DNA of 64,000 bases from Alphaproteobacteria bacterium (GCA_017427405.1 JAFRSV010000016.1:31333-95332), one strand, 5' to 3'. Counted from the first letter of the stretch, positions 35,569 to 46,498 are shown. Program-made: numbers and translations. The notes: a model not told the origin generated them from the sequence alone.

Positions 35569-36234
35569 TTAAGATTTTTTTTCGTGTGTCAAAGTCAACC
35601 GCGTGTTCGGAATTTTTGTTCCCAATTCCGCACATATTTTTTCAAGAAATTGAAGTGTTGTGTCAAGTGTCAAAGGTAATTGAAAAAGCCGGTTTTTATA
35701 GGGCGCGGCGCATTCGGCGCATACCGCGCGCCCGGTCTTTGGCGAAAGGTGTGTCAAATTTTCAGTTCGTCCGCAACCAGAACATTTTGTCAAATCAAGC
35801 GCAAACCCAAGTTCGCGTAATAATGTTTTTTCCCAATCTAAATAATCATCGGTCGGGGAATTTGTGTGTGGTAAATTTGTTAAAAACAGTATCGTCGAAT
35901 CGTAAAGTGCGCAGTATGATTCGCGTTCGGGCAGTAAAGTTTTTATCAAATCAAAAACACAATTTATAAATTTAATTCGTTCGAAATTTATCATTATTGG
36001 GGCGGTTAAATTTTTTTCACTTTCCCAATGAAACACGCCCAGTGCGGAATCAAGTCGCGCGCCCCATGTGGCATTGCCGATTTGGCCAACCAGTGGTTTG
36101 TTCGTTTTGGCAACCACCGCACCGCGCAACATTCCGGCGACGATACCATGTTCACGCGTAAATATATGTGCAACCGCGTCACGTTCATTGAATGGACGAA
36201 GTGATATTAAAAGACCGGCGGATTCAAGTTTCAT
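35569..36234 (-). CDS. recO: DNA repair protein RecO
   Basis: MKLESAGLLISLRPFNERDAVAHIFTREHGIVAGMLRG..., C-terminal Cys cluster CSGCG...CAEC. Confidence 0.8.
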   Translation of the reverse strand: MKLESAGLLISLRPFNERDAVAHIFTREHGIVAGMLRGAVVAKTNKPLVGQIGNATWGARLDSALGVFHWESEKNLTAPIMINFERIKFINCVFDLIKTLLPERESYCALYDSTILFLTNLPHTNSPTDDYLDWEKTLLRELGFALDLTKCSGCGRTENLTHLSPKTGRAVCAECAAPYKNRLFQLPLTLDTTLQFLEKICAELGTKIPNTRLTLTHEKKS

Positions 36235-36659
36235 TTCAATTTTTCCGCCGCGCCGCGTGCAAGTTCGTCACAGCGTTCATTTAATTCTTCGCCGTTATGT
36301 CCGCGCACCCAAACCCAGTGAACCTTTACGGCGGACACCAATTCGTCCAACTGTTGCCACAGGTCTTGGTTTTTTACGGGTTTTTTGTCGGCGGTGCGCC
36401 AATTATTTTTTTTCCAATTTTTCATCCAAACCATCGTTCCATTTTTTACGTATTGGCTGTCGGTGTGAATTTCAATTTCGTTGTGTTTGCGCGCGGCGGA
36501 TATTGCGCGTATAACCGCGGTTAGTTCCATACGATTATTTGTTGTGCCCTTTTCGCCACCACTGCGTTCGGCACGGTTTTTTCCGTCGGTTGCAACAAAT
36601 GCCCATCCGCCGGGACCGGGGTTACCCAAACAACTGCCGTCTGTCCAAATTTTTAGCAT
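36231..36659 (-). CDS. rnhA: Ribonuclease HI
   Basis: MLKIWTDGSCLGNPGPGGWAFV...TNNRMELTAVI...HWVWVRGHNGEELNERCDELA. Confidence 0.85.
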   Translation of the reverse strand: MLKIWTDGSCLGNPGPGGWAFVATDGKNRAERSGGEKGTTNNRMELTAVIRAISAARKHNEIEIHTDSQYVKNGTMVWMKNWKKNNWRTADKKPVKNQDLWQQLDELVSAVKVHWVWVRGHNGEELNERCDELARGAAEKLK

Positions 36660-36696
36660 TTTATTTCATCCTTTGTTTGTGATATAATATCATAAA

Positions 36697-38475
36697 ATGA
36701 AAATAGATTCCAAGAATTTACACGAAATGTCAAATGTGGTGCGCGCGGATGCGTTGCGGGCGATTGTCGTGGCCAAAAGTGGGCATGTTGGAATTGTGCT
36801 TGGCGCGGCGGACATTGTCACAATGATTTACGCGGTGTTCCTAAATCCCGCACGCGACAGGTTTGTTTTATCGGCGGGGCATGGTTCGGCGATGTTGTAT
36901 GCGGCGCTAAAACTTGCGGGGTATAACATTGGCGATTTGAAATCTTTTCGGCAAATTGGTGGATTGCCGGGGCATCCGGAATTTGGAATCGATGGGGTTA
37001 GCGCAACAACGGGGCCGCTGGGCCAGGGTGTTGCGAACGCGGTCGGTATGGCGATTGCCGCAAAGCATAACAAGACCGGCGGCCGCGTGTATTGCCTTTG
37101 TTCTGATGGTGATTTGATGGAAGGCGTGGCGGGGGAAGCAATCGGATTTGCCGGACGGTATAAATTGGACAATTTGGTGTTGCTTTGGGATAATAATGGT
37201 ATAAGTATCGATGGCGTGGCGCAGGTGGATAAAAATGTGTCGATGCGTATGCGTGCGGCGGGTTGGACAGTGCGCGCGGCGGATGGTACGGATATGAACG
37301 AACTTTATGATGCGATATCTGCGCCGGTGGCGGGGCCGTTGTTTGTGCGGTGTGATACCACGTTGGGCCAGGGCGCAAGTGTTTCAGGAACGGCGCGCGC
37401 ACATGGTTTGGCCATAGATGATGCGGAAATCAAAGAGTTGGTAAATCATTTGGATTCGGCCGTTGGGCGTGATTTGTGGCGCAAATTTGCACGCACGCAT
37501 AAAAGACCAGAAAAAATAAAATATGCAAATGTGCCGGCGGTTTCGTTACAGCAGAAAACATCTGCGGTATCAACACGTGAAATGTCGGGCGAATACTTGG
37601 CGGCGATTATGAAACGGGGTGCGGATGTTGTTATCGGCAGTGCGGATTTGGGCCAAAGCACGAATATGCGCGTTGCGGGTGTGCGCGAAATTACGGCGGA
37701 CAATTTTTCCGGGCGATATATAAACTATGGCGTGCGCGAACATGCGATGGCGGCAATTATGAACGGTATGGCATATGCGGGTGTGCGCGCGGCGGGTTCG
37801 ACGTTTTTGGTATTCAGTGACTATATGCGTGGTGCGATGCGTCTTAGCGCGATTTCGGGTTTGCCGGTCATCTATGTTTTAACGCATGATAGTGTCGCGG
37901 TTGGTCCGGATGGCCCGACGCATCAACCGGTTGAACAGTTGGCGGGTCTGCGTTTAATTCCGAATATGAATGTTTTTCGGCCATGTAATATGGCAGAGGT
38001 TGCCTGGGCGTGGCAAACGGCGTTATCGGAAACGAACCGTCCGTCGTGCATTATCCTTTCGCGCCAGGCGATTGCGCCTGTGGGCGATGCAATCCTTGGG
38101 GAAATAAAGTTTGGCGGCTATGTCGTTTATGAATCGGGTGCGACGCGGGTAAAGATGACGATTGTTGCAACAGGGGCGGAGGTTCCGCTTGCCATAAATG
38201 TTGCGCGGATTTTGGGCGGTGCGGTTCGGGTGGTAAGTATGCCGTCGGTTGCACATTTCCGGACGATGGATGAAAGATATAGGGATAAAATCTTGGTCGG
38301 CACCGTTGTCGCCATAGAGGCATCCGCCACCGCGCCTTGGTTTGAATTTGCAGATATTGTTGTTGGAATTGATGATTTTGGCTTGTCAGGGGCGGCGGAC
38401 ATGGTGTATCGTGCGTGTGGGTTTGATGCGGAAAAAATCGCGCGGGCGATTCGCACAAAAATAAAGCATGTCTGA
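36697..38475 (+). CDS. tkt: Transketolase (start uncertain, no obvious SD)
   Basis: ...AKSGHVG...GHGS...TTGPLGQGVANAVGMAIA...SDGDLMEG...HDS(V/I)..GPDGPTHQPVEQ. Confidence 0.85.
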   Translation: MKIDSKNLHEMSNVVRADALRAIVVAKSGHVGIVLGAADIVTMIYAVFLNPARDRFVLSAGHGSAMLYAALKLAGYNIGDLKSFRQIGGLPGHPEFGIDGVSATTGPLGQGVANAVGMAIAAKHNKTGGRVYCLCSDGDLMEGVAGEAIGFAGRYKLDNLVLLWDNNGISIDGVAQVDKNVSMRMRAAGWTVRAADGTDMNELYDAISAPVAGPLFVRCDTTLGQGASVSGTARAHGLAIDDAEIKELVNHLDSAVGRDLWRKFARTHKRPEKIKYANVPAVSLQQKTSAVSTREMSGEYLAAIMKRGADVVIGSADLGQSTNMRVAGVREITADNFSGRYINYGVREHAMAAIMNGMAYAGVRAAGSTFLVFSDYMRGAMRLSAISGLPVIYVLTHDSVAVGPDGPTHQPVEQLAGLRLIPNMNVFRPCNMAEVAWAWQTALSETNRPSCIILSRQAIAPVGDAILGEIKFGGYVVYESGATRVKMTIVATGAEVPLAINVARILGGAVRVVSMPSVAHFRTMDERYRDKILVGTVVAIEASATAPWFEFADIVVGIDDFGLSGAADMVYRACGFDAEKIARAIRTKIKHV

Positions 38476-39175
38476 ATTTGAATTTATAACTTCATCTGGG
38501 GAAAAGATACCGGTTGTCATAACCGTGCGTGCGGGCGTGCGGAATATAACACTGCGCCCACGCGGCGGGGATGCGCGGCGGATTGATGCAACGCGGCCGG
38601 TGATTTCGGCGAATTCAACGGTAATGAAATTTGTGGAGCAAAAGCGACGGTGGTTGGAACGGTTCTTTGCAAATGCCCCGCGCAAGGAACATTTGAAATC
38701 GGGCGATATGTTTGATTTTTTGGATATGCGGGTGCGTGTTGTTTATGATGCGGCGATGCGCGGAAATAAGTTTGTTTTGAATGATGACGGAACGCGGACA
38801 CTGTTTGTTGGCGGTGATGAAAAATTGATTGAAAATCGCGTGCGCATGTTTATTAAAACCGAATTGTTAAAGCATATCAAAGAATTGATTCATCAAACGC
38901 CACGTGAATTTTGGCCAAAGAAAATTTGTCTGCGTGATACGTCGTCGCGTTGGGGTTCGCGGTCAACAACGGGAACGATTTCCTTTTCGTGGCGGTTGGC
39001 GTTTGCGCCGTTTGATGTTATGCGATATGTTGTGATGCATGAATTGGCGCATACAATGCATATGGATCATTCGGCGGCTTTTTGGGCCCAGGTTCGTGTT
39101 CTTTACGGTTTCGGTGTTGAACGTGCGCGGCGGTGGCTGAATGTGCACGGGGGCGATTTGCATAAATTCCTTTGA
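38468..39175 (+). CDS. YgjP/SprT-like M48-family metal-dependent hydrolase (DUF45)
   Basis: ...WGSRSTTGTISFSWRL... and HELAHTMHMDH motifs. Confidence 0.7.
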   Translation: MSEFEFITSSGEKIPVVITVRAGVRNITLRPRGGDARRIDATRPVISANSTVMKFVEQKRRWLERFFANAPRKEHLKSGDMFDFLDMRVRVVYDAAMRGNKFVLNDDGTRTLFVGGDEKLIENRVRMFIKTELLKHIKELIHQTPREFWPKKICLRDTSSRWGSRSTTGTISFSWRLAFAPFDVMRYVVMHELAHTMHMDHSAAFWAQVRVLYGFGVERARRWLNVHGGDLHKFL

Positions 39176-39298
39176 AACCATTCCTGAATATTTCTTGGCC
39201 TTTTTACGGTATAATTTCGGTGTGTTAAAAGCACATAACAAAAACCAACCTCACTTCGCCGACGCTTTGTGGGGTAAAACAAACAAAGGAAAGAAAAA

Positions 39299-39685
39299 AT
39301 GAAAAAGAAAAGCAAGGAATGTAAAAAATTATCCGTTGTGGCGGTATTGGGTGTTGTCGCATCCACGGCTGCATTTGCGGGTTCTGGAAATATGGCGCAT
39401 AATAATGCAAATAACAACACGATGACCGAAGTTATGACCATTGAACAGGTTCGCGGGCTTTCCGACAATTCGCCGGTTATTGTTCGCGGATACTTGCTGC
39501 GTCAAAATGGGGAAAATTCGTATGTTTTCCAAGATAACACCGGAACAATCAATGTTGAAATAGACGAAATGGATTGGAACGGCATGAATGTTGCACCATC
39601 CGATTATGTTGAAATATGGGGCGAAGTTGACAAGAACGGCGCATCCATGGTTGAAATCGACGTTTCGGCAATGAAGAAGTTATAA
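39299..39685 (+). CDS. YgiW/YdeI (BOF) family periplasmic OB-fold protein
   Basis: Signal peptide, then ...TIEQVRGLSDNSPVIVRGYLLRQNGENSYVFQDNTGTINVEIDEMDW...VEIWGEVDKNGASMVEIDV. Confidence 0.65.
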   Translation: MKKKSKECKKLSVVAVLGVVASTAAFAGSGNMAHNNANNNTMTEVMTIEQVRGLSDNSPVIVRGYLLRQNGENSYVFQDNTGTINVEIDEMDWNGMNVAPSDYVEIWGEVDKNGASMVEIDVSAMKKL

Positions 39686-39687
39686 GT

Positions 39688-39805
39688 TAGTCCGTCCCGG
39701 CGGTGCAATGCACCGCCGCGGCCGCGACAAGTGTTAGTGATTAGTCCGCTTTCGCCAAGGCTACAGCGAGACCAGTGTAAGTGAAATGGGCGCATTCGCG
39801 CCCGT
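39688..39805. repeat. Repeat/terminator unit GTTAGTCCGTCCCGG-hairpin-GCCGCGACAAGTGTTAGTGATTAGTCC...CAGTGTAAGTG + hairpin GGGCGCATTCGCGCCC
   Basis: Near copy of 12300-12380. Two GC hairpins between convergent genes. Confidence 0.6.
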
Positions 39806-39828
39806 TTGTTTTGACGTCTGTCAGTTTA

Positions 39829-41448
39829 TTATTCATTATTTTTTGTCGCATATGTGTAATCTACCGTTGCCCTATAAGCATTATGCGCGCCATACACCGT
39901 AAATTCATCGAAACTATGTACAGTACATTCATCTGCGCTACTGTTTCCGCAAGCGGCTGTTCTGAATTTTTCTTCGGTGTCATATTCAAATGATTGTAAA
40001 TATTTTCTGAATGTGAATGCATTCTGTGCATATATAACATCAGGATCTTGATATTGCGCATATCCTTTGAAATCAATATTTACTGCTAAATACCATTTTG
40101 CGCTAAGTGCGTCATATTCTGCATACCCTAGTGCACAACTGAATACTCCTTGGCTTGAATTTGCTTCTGTACATTTATTTCTTGCCCAATTTCTAATTTT
40201 TTCCAATGATTGTTCGGTGTTTGGCAATGTTGTTGTATAATACATAGTATTCCGCAACAAAATACTTGTTGTATCTGTATACTGATACTCGAATAATGAC
40301 CAAGAAATTAAACTACCATTAGGGTCGATCATATTGATATTACCGCGGTCGTCGATGGTTGGTTTTTCATTGTCACTTAATCCTTCCCTTAAACGGCGTT
40401 CCATGGTTGCCTGATAAAGTGTCCCAAGGCCGTCGGTACCTACTTCCCAGAAACTATAAACATCGCACCAATCAGATGATGTTTCACCACAAACCGCGGT
40501 TTTTAATGTCGCGAGGGTGCTATATTCATAGGTTTGTATAGTGTTTCTGTATATAACCTGACCGTTTTGGTGTATAATTTCGGGATATCCCTGCGTTTCG
40601 CCCCAACCCTTAAAATGGTTTAATACTGAAAATCTATAACCAGTTCCGAATTGCGGATCATCCACAACAAATCTGATGTTGTCAGAACCGCATACAAAAC
40701 TTTCATGTGGACTAACATCCCAGTTGTTACATTTGTTTCGGGCAAAGGCGATAATCTTTTCCACCGATTGTTGATTGTTTGGTAGTGATACAAAATAGTA
40801 TAAGGATTCGTTTACTGGGCCCCAACTATGCTCTCCTGTTGGTTGCCAGATAGAATAACTTACCGTTGTTCCGTTCGTATCGATCATATTGATATTCCCG
40901 CGATCGTCTATTTGTGGTAATTTTCTTTCCAAAGCGGTAAGCAAGGTATTAATTTCCGTTTTACTGTATGTTTCTTTTGTGCTGGTTGATGCGCCAAGGG
41001 CAGAAAGTTTTTGATCAATTTTGGCATCGATGTTGGCTTCGGTTATAACGTTGCTCTGCGCGGCCTCGGCCCGATCAAGTTGTGCGGTCAATTCTTCGAT
41101 ACGGTCGTTCAAAGAATTTAATTCATTCGTTGCGGTGGTGGTGTTTTTTACTTTACCGGGGTTAAAACCTTTGATACCTTTTAACAGTGCAATACGTGCA
41201 TCCGTTGTTTCGGTTGAAACCGGTGTTGCAATGGATGATTGTGCTGTTGTGACCGACGGCGTGGAAACGGATGATGTTTTCATCGTTTGTGTGCGCAGTG
41301 TGCCCGCACGTGCGGTATTCGTTGCCGTGGGTGCGGCGACCGTTGAGGTTCCACCCATTTGCGGTGCGCGCAGTGATGCCGCACCAAATGACGCGGTTGC
41401 TACAATACTACCAAGCACGGTTGTGATTAAAAGTGTTTTGGGGTTCAT
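39829..41448 (-). CDS. Secreted protein (539 aa) with S/T-rich linker and internal tandem duplication of a roughly 170-aa module (DDRGNINMID...)
   Basis: Signal peptide. IDDRGNINMIDTNGTTVSYSIWQPTGEHSW vs IDDRGNINMIDPNGSLISWSLFEYQ. RBS AAAGGAGAG. Confidence 0.5.
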   Translation of the reverse strand: MNPKTLLITTVLGSIVATASFGAASLRAPQMGGTSTVAAPTATNTARAGTLRTQTMKTSSVSTPSVTTAQSSIATPVSTETTDARIALLKGIKGFNPGKVKNTTTATNELNSLNDRIEELTAQLDRAEAAQSNVITEANIDAKIDQKLSALGASTSTKETYSKTEINTLLTALERKLPQIDDRGNINMIDTNGTTVSYSIWQPTGEHSWGPVNESLYYFVSLPNNQQSVEKIIAFARNKCNNWDVSPHESFVCGSDNIRFVVDDPQFGTGYRFSVLNHFKGWGETQGYPEIIHQNGQVIYRNTIQTYEYSTLATLKTAVCGETSSDWCDVYSFWEVGTDGLGTLYQATMERRLREGLSDNEKPTIDDRGNINMIDPNGSLISWSLFEYQYTDTTSILLRNTMYYTTTLPNTEQSLEKIRNWARNKCTEANSSQGVFSCALGYAEYDALSAKWYLAVNIDFKGYAQYQDPDVIYAQNAFTFRKYLQSFEYDTEEKFRTAACGNSSADECTVHSFDEFTVYGAHNAYRATVDYTYATKNNE

Positions 41449-41504
41449 TTTTGCTCTCCTTTGCTTTATTGTTTTTTCGGTTATTCCTGTGACGCGACAC
41501 TAAA

Positions 41505-41536
41505 AAACCGTTACCAAATGGAACGGTCGGGGTGTT
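41505..41536 (-). terminator. Hairpin + U-run (ACCGTTCCATTTGGTAACGGTTTTTT on the minus strand) after small ORF 41551-41766
   Basis: Read on the minus strand. Confidence 0.5.
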
Positions 41537-41550
41537 CGAAAATCAGTACT

Positions 41551-41766
41551 CTATTGATTCTGTTGGGCTTCGGTTTTTATCCCTGTTTTATACCCCAACA
41601 GCACCCCGAACCACACGGTCGGGGAAAATATCAAGACGGTGCAAAACATGAAAATCACAACCAGTGTATTAAACAAAGTCGGATTACGATGCAATGCACC
41701 GAGAGTACCAAGGCTTTCGATAGCCCCGAACCAGATTCCCATCTGATTCAATCCGAATTTTATCAT
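41551..41766 (-). CDS. Small 2-TM membrane protein (71 aa) between two terminators
   Basis: ORF with its own downstream terminator. No clear RBS. Confidence 0.3.
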   Translation of the reverse strand: MIKFGLNQMGIWFGAIESLGTLGALHRNPTLFNTLVVIFMFCTVLIFSPTVWFGVLLGYKTGIKTEAQQNQ

Positions 41767-41793
41767 AATTATCGTGTAATCGCAAATTAAAAA

Positions 41794-41812
41794 TCCCCGC
41801 GGGGCGGGGAAG
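41794..41812 (-). terminator. Hairpin terminator (TCCCCGCCCCGCGGGGA + TTTTTAAT on the minus strand) after ppiD
   Basis: Read directly. Confidence 0.6.
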
Positions 41813-41814
41813 AA

Positions 41815-43224
41815 TTATTTTACAAACCGGTTGTATATTTTTTCATTTATCTTGGCGGGGTATTTCCGTTCAAGGTATGCGTTATAATCCGCGTCCAAGT
41901 GCCGCATCGCCATATTTGCAATTTCCGGTTTTAATTCATCAAGTTTTTTGTCGTTTGTTTCCGGCAATTTTTCGTCCGCGATATTTACAACATAAAACGC
42001 ATCGGTGTCGGACACAATTGAATTATTGCCGATTTTATTTTTAAATGTTTCAACCAAAACCGGCATTGGTGCACCGTCCGTGCGTGACACGGTCAGTTTT
42101 TTTGCACCCTGTAATTTTCCGTTTTCGTTCAGTTCAACCAACAATTCATTTGCGCGAACGTATGCCATTTTTTCCTGTTCTGCCTTGGTCCATTCGGCGA
42201 CGATTTCCTTTTTCACCGAATCGAATTCCGCCGTATGTTCGGGAATAATTTTATCCACGCGAACGATTACAAAACCGGCCTTGGTTTCGATAAGTTCACT
42301 TTCGGTTTCGGGCGCAAGTTCAAATATATTTGCCACAACCGATTCGGTTAAATTTTTATCATCCGGTAATTTTTCGGTTGAAACACCGGTGTGTTGCACG
42401 AACTTTGCATTATGTGTTTTTGCCACCGCCGCTAATGTTTCGCCACCGATTATATCGTCCTCCATTTTTTGTGCGGTTTTAAGCGCAATCTCATATTCGT
42501 CCGGTTTATCCATTGCGGCCGGAACGATTACGTATGAAATATCGCGTGCCTCAGCCACATGGTGCGGGTGCGCGGTATAGAAATTGCGTAATTCTTCGTC
42601 CGTTGGTTTTTGGGTTTTGAATGTAGAAAACTTTACAGTCGCCATATTTATTTCGCGTTTTGTATTGCGTGCGTTATATGCCGCAACGGTTGCAAACCGT
42701 GGTGTTTCGATTTGTGTTGTGGTCGGCACGTTTACCATTTCGTGCAATGCCTTTATACGCAGGTCGCCCACAACATCCGATTCGGTAAGACCCGAATTTT
42801 GCAGGACGACATCAAACGCCGCCGTTGAAAATTTGCCGTTTTCTTGGAATTGTGGAATTGCGCGAATGTCATTTGCGATTCGGTGGTCGGACACGACATA
42901 GCCCAAATCATCCGCGTGCTTATTTATTCTTTGGACCGATGCGATTTTTTTAATCACGCCGTTTTGAAAGTCCGACATTTTTACCGGGTTTGAATAAAGT
43001 TCGCGTTGTTCTTCGCGGGACATATTCGCCAATTCGTTCGAACGCATATTATTATATTGCTGAATCGAAATCTTTTCCCCACCGACACGTGCCAGTGTTG
43101 TATCAGATGACGCAAGACCGAATACCCATTCGGCAACACCCCATCCAACGAACGAAAAGATTAGAATTCCCATTAAAACCTTGGCCAACGGTTTATCGGC
43201 CGCATTACGTAAATATTCTAGCAT
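41815..43224 (-). CDS. ppiD: Periplasmic chaperone PpiD-like (N-terminal anchor + SurA-like + parvulin PPIase-like domains)
   Basis: MLEYLRNAADKPLAKVLMGILIFSFVGWGV... is the typical PpiD N-terminus. Start taken at MLEYL. Confidence 0.65.
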   Translation of the reverse strand: MLEYLRNAADKPLAKVLMGILIFSFVGWGVAEWVFGLASSDTTLARVGGEKISIQQYNNMRSNELANMSREEQRELYSNPVKMSDFQNGVIKKIASVQRINKHADDLGYVVSDHRIANDIRAIPQFQENGKFSTAAFDVVLQNSGLTESDVVGDLRIKALHEMVNVPTTTQIETPRFATVAAYNARNTKREINMATVKFSTFKTQKPTDEELRNFYTAHPHHVAEARDISYVIVPAAMDKPDEYEIALKTAQKMEDDIIGGETLAAVAKTHNAKFVQHTGVSTEKLPDDKNLTESVVANIFELAPETESELIETKAGFVIVRVDKIIPEHTAEFDSVKKEIVAEWTKAEQEKMAYVRANELLVELNENGKLQGAKKLTVSRTDGAPMPVLVETFKNKIGNNSIVSDTDAFYVVNIADEKLPETNDKKLDELKPEIANMAMRHLDADYNAYLERKYPAKINEKIYNRFVK

Positions 43225-43290
43225 TTTTTCACCTTTTGCGATAACATAGCAAAATGTAACCCAAAAAATCAACGGAAAAAAGGATTAAAA

Positions 43291-43995
43291 ATGAAAATTA
43301 TCACAGGAAACTGGAAAATGAACGGGTCGCGGGCGGCTTTGGACGAAATGATTGGCGCAATTACGGGGGTAAAGACCAAAAATCGGGTGATTTTATGTGT
43401 GCCTTTTACAATGGTGCGTGCGGGGACGGAAAATGTTGCAATTGGCGCCCAAGACATCAGCGCGCATGAAAAAGGTGCCTATACCGGCGAAGTGTCGGGC
43501 GCAATGTTGGCCGATGCGGGTGCGAAATATGTAATTGTCGGGCACAGTGAACGCCGCATGTATCATGACGAAACGAATGATATTGTTCGGCAAAAGGCAC
43601 AGATGGCGTTGGAAAATGGACTAAAGCCAATTATATGTGTTGGTGAAACGATGGATGAAAAACGCGCCGGCAAGACATTTGATATTATAGAGGCGGGCGT
43701 AAAGGAATCAGTGCCAGAAGACGCGCATGACGATATTATTATCGCGTATGAACCGCGATGGGCGATTGGGGCGGGAATAACGCCAACCGCGCAAGAAATC
43801 GCCGATGCGCACAAGGTAATTGCGGATACTTTGTCGTACATGGGACTTGGTGGAACACCAATTCTGTATGGCGCAAGTGTAAACGCGTCAAATGTTGCCG
43901 ATATTGTCGCAATAAGGAATGTTGATGGGGTGCTGGTTGGGGGGGCGTCCTTGAAACCGCAAGAATTTGTCACTATAATACAAAATGCAAAGTAA
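43291..43995 (+). CDS. tpiA: Triosephosphate isomerase
   Basis: MKIITGNWKMNGS...VIVGHSERR...AYEPRWAIGAG. Confidence 0.9.
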   Translation: MKIITGNWKMNGSRAALDEMIGAITGVKTKNRVILCVPFTMVRAGTENVAIGAQDISAHEKGAYTGEVSGAMLADAGAKYVIVGHSERRMYHDETNDIVRQKAQMALENGLKPIICVGETMDEKRAGKTFDIIEAGVKESVPEDAHDDIIIAYEPRWAIGAGITPTAQEIADAHKVIADTLSYMGLGGTPILYGASVNASNVADIVAIRNVDGVLVGGASLKPQEFVTIIQNAK

Positions 43996-44014
43996 CAAAA
44001 ATAGAGAAATATTC

Positions 44015-44527
44015 ATGGAAGATAAAAAAGAAGTTAAAGTTGAAACCGTGTCGGTAAAAGATGTGAATGAACCCGAAAAACCGGCGGAAGAAAAGAAAGA
44101 TGAAACCGCAGAATTAGTCGCGCAGATTGCCGAACTGAACGATAAATACCTGCGCACGGCGGCGGAGTTGGAAAACACCCGTCGTCGCGCCACTATTGAT
44201 GCGGATGCGCGCGCACGTTCGCGGGCGATGTCGGTTGCGGAAAAAATCTTGCCGGTTATGGATGCAATCCATGCGGCGCTTAAACATTCGCCCGATGACG
44301 CGGGTATTCAATCTATGGCGCGGGCAATGGAATCCGCGTTTGAACAGATTGGAATTACAAAAATAAAATCGGTTGGCGAAACATTGAACCCCACGTTGCA
44401 TAATGCGATTCAGGTTGTGGTGGCGTCCGAAGGCGTCGCGCCGAACACCGTGGTTGAAGAAATGCAGGCCGGATATATGTTCGGTGATAATGTGTTGCGA
44501 ACCGCGATGGTGGTCGTTGCAAAATAA
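44015..44527 (+). CDS. grpE: Nucleotide exchange factor GrpE (alternative start at 43985)
   Basis: ...LNDKYLRTAAELENTRRRATIDADARARSRAMSVAEKILPVMDAIHAAL.... Confidence 0.8.
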   Translation: MEDKKEVKVETVSVKDVNEPEKPAEEKKDETAELVAQIAELNDKYLRTAAELENTRRRATIDADARARSRAMSVAEKILPVMDAIHAALKHSPDDAGIQSMARAMESAFEQIGITKIKSVGETLNPTLHNAIQVVVASEGVAPNTVVEEMQAGYMFGDNVLRTAMVVVAK

Positions 44528-44600
44528 TTGGCCGCCGCGTTTGCGAATGGCGTTTTTGTGTGATATAATCAAAAATAATCAGAAATAAAAGGTGTGTGTT

Positions 44601-45185
44601 ATGTCTTTGATACCAATGGTTATAGAAGAATCCCCACGTGGCGAACGGTCATTTGATATCTATTCGCGATTGCTGCGGGATAGAATTGTTATGATAAATG
44701 GTGACATAGAATTGCAAATGGCTAATACGGTTGTGGCACAGTTGCTGTTCTTGGAATCAGAAAATCCAAATGCAGATATTTCGCTTTATATCAACAGTCC
44801 GGGCGGAATTATATCTGCCGGATGGGCGATTATGGATACAATGCAATACATCAAATCGCCGGTCACAACGATTGGTATGGGATTGGTTGCATCTATGGCA
44901 TCGGTGATTTTGGCGGCGGGTGAAAAGGGTAAAAGATTTGCTTTGCCGAATACAGAGATTATGATTCATCAACCGCTTGGCGGTTTGCAGGGGCAGGCGA
45001 CCGATATGGAAATTGGTATGCGTAAGATGCAAAAGGTCAAAGAAACGATTACCAAGCAAATGTCAGAATTTACCGGTCGTAAGGTCAAGGAATTACACGA
45101 TGCAATGGAACGTGATAATTGGATGACCGCGGATCAGGCAAAAGATTTCGGAATAATTGACGGTATTTTGACAAGGAAAAAATAG
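44601..45185 (+). CDS. clpP: ATP-dependent Clp protease proteolytic subunit
   Basis: ...[16 protein letters not shown]... [13 protein letters not shown] (Ser) ... IMIHQPLGG (His). Confidence 0.9.
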   Translation: MSLIPMVIEESPRGERSFDIYSRLLRDRIVMINGDIELQMANTVVAQLLFLESENPNADISLYINSPGGIISAGWAIMDTMQYIKSPVTTIGMGLVASMASVILAAGEKGKRFALPNTEIMIHQPLGGLQGQATDMEIGMRKMQKVKETITKQMSEFTGRKVKELHDAMERDNWMTADQAKDFGIIDGILTRKK

Positions 45186-45193
45186 GGCGGGAT

Positions 45194-46450
45194 ATGACGG
45201 ACGAAAAGAAAACAACGGAAAAAAAACAACAGTTTTGCAGTTTTTGTGGCAAGGCGGTTTACGAAGTAAAAAAGTTGGTCAGTGGTCGTAATGTTTGCAT
45301 TTGCGATGAATGCATCGCACTGTGCAACGACATTATGGCGGACGACATGCGGACCGAGGTTGCAAGGGATGCCGCAAAATTGCCAACGCCGTCACAAATC
45401 TATGATTTCCTTAATGAATATATTATTGGCCAAGATACGGCAAAACGGACATTGGCGGTCGCGGTGTATAATCATTATAAACGGCATAATGTCACGCTTT
45501 CGTCCAATGTTGAAATACAAAAATCTAATGTTTTATTAATTGGGCCAACGGGGACGGGAAAGACACTGTTTGCGCAAACACTTGCACGAATTTTGGATGT
45601 GCCATTCGCGATTGCAGATGCCACAACACTTACCGAGGCCGGATATGTCGGTGACGATGTCGAAAGTGTTTTGACGCAATTGTTGCATAATGCGAATTTC
45701 GATGTGGACAAGGCGCAACGCGGAATTGTTTATATTGATGAAATCGATAAAATTGCGCGGAAATCTGAAAATCCATCCCTTACGCGGGATGTGTCCGGCG
45801 AAGGGGTTCAACAGGCATTGTTGAAATTAGTCGAAGGAACGATTGCGAATGTTTCCGCCGGTGGGGCGGGGCGCAAGCATCCGGGCGAAGCGACCGTTCG
45901 TTTGGATACAAGCAAGATTTTGTTTATCTGTGGCGGGGCATTCGATGGGTTGAATCGCGTGATTGCAAATCGCAAGTGCGAACGCGCCGGAATCGGTTTT
46001 GGGGCGGACGTTTCGTCAAAGAAAGAACGCGATGCGAAAAACTATCTGTCCGATGTGCAACCCGAAGATTTGGTAAAGTTTGGAATTATTCCGGAATTGG
46101 TTGGGCGGTTGCCGGTTATCGCGACACTTTCGGAATTGGATGAAAATGCGTTGGTGCAAATACTTACCGAACCGAAAAACGCGATTGTAAAGCAATATAC
46201 CGCGATGCTGGCTATGGACGATGTTAAACTTACCATAACGGATGATGGATTGCGGGAAATTGCGAAACTTGCATTGGCGCGGAAAACGGGGGCGCGGGGT
46301 CTGCGCAGTATTTTGGAAAAGATTTTGTTGGAACCAATGTTCTATGCGCCAGATAAGGCGGATTTAGCGGAAATTGTTATCGATAAGGATGTGGTTATTG
46401 GTAAAAAGCCGCCAATCGAAATTATGCGCACCGCAAAGAAAGCCGCGTAA
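45194..46450 (+). CDS. clpX: ATP-dependent Clp protease ATP-binding subunit ClpX
   Basis: Zn-finger CSFCGK...CICDEC. Walker A GPTGTGKT. Confidence 0.9.
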   Translation: MTDEKKTTEKKQQFCSFCGKAVYEVKKLVSGRNVCICDECIALCNDIMADDMRTEVARDAAKLPTPSQIYDFLNEYIIGQDTAKRTLAVAVYNHYKRHNVTLSSNVEIQKSNVLLIGPTGTGKTLFAQTLARILDVPFAIADATTLTEAGYVGDDVESVLTQLLHNANFDVDKAQRGIVYIDEIDKIARKSENPSLTRDVSGEGVQQALLKLVEGTIANVSAGGAGRKHPGEATVRLDTSKILFICGGAFDGLNRVIANRKCERAGIGFGADVSSKKERDAKNYLSDVQPEDLVKFGIIPELVGRLPVIATLSELDENALVQILTEPKNAIVKQYTAMLAMDDVKLTITDDGLREIAKLALARKTGARGLRSILEKILLEPMFYAPDKADLAEIVIDKDVVIGKKPPIEIMRTAKKAA

Positions 46451-46498
46451 AGACGATAAGATTTTCAAAATGTGATATAAATAATTCCAGAGAATCGT

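Noticed and set aside
36660-36700. Leaderless or atypical start for tkt (TATAAT only about 15 nt before the ATG, no SD)
   Set aside because: I cannot distinguish a true leaderless start from a mis-placed start codon. The internal start MSNVV at 36727 also lacks an SD. Left as annotated with an uncertain start.
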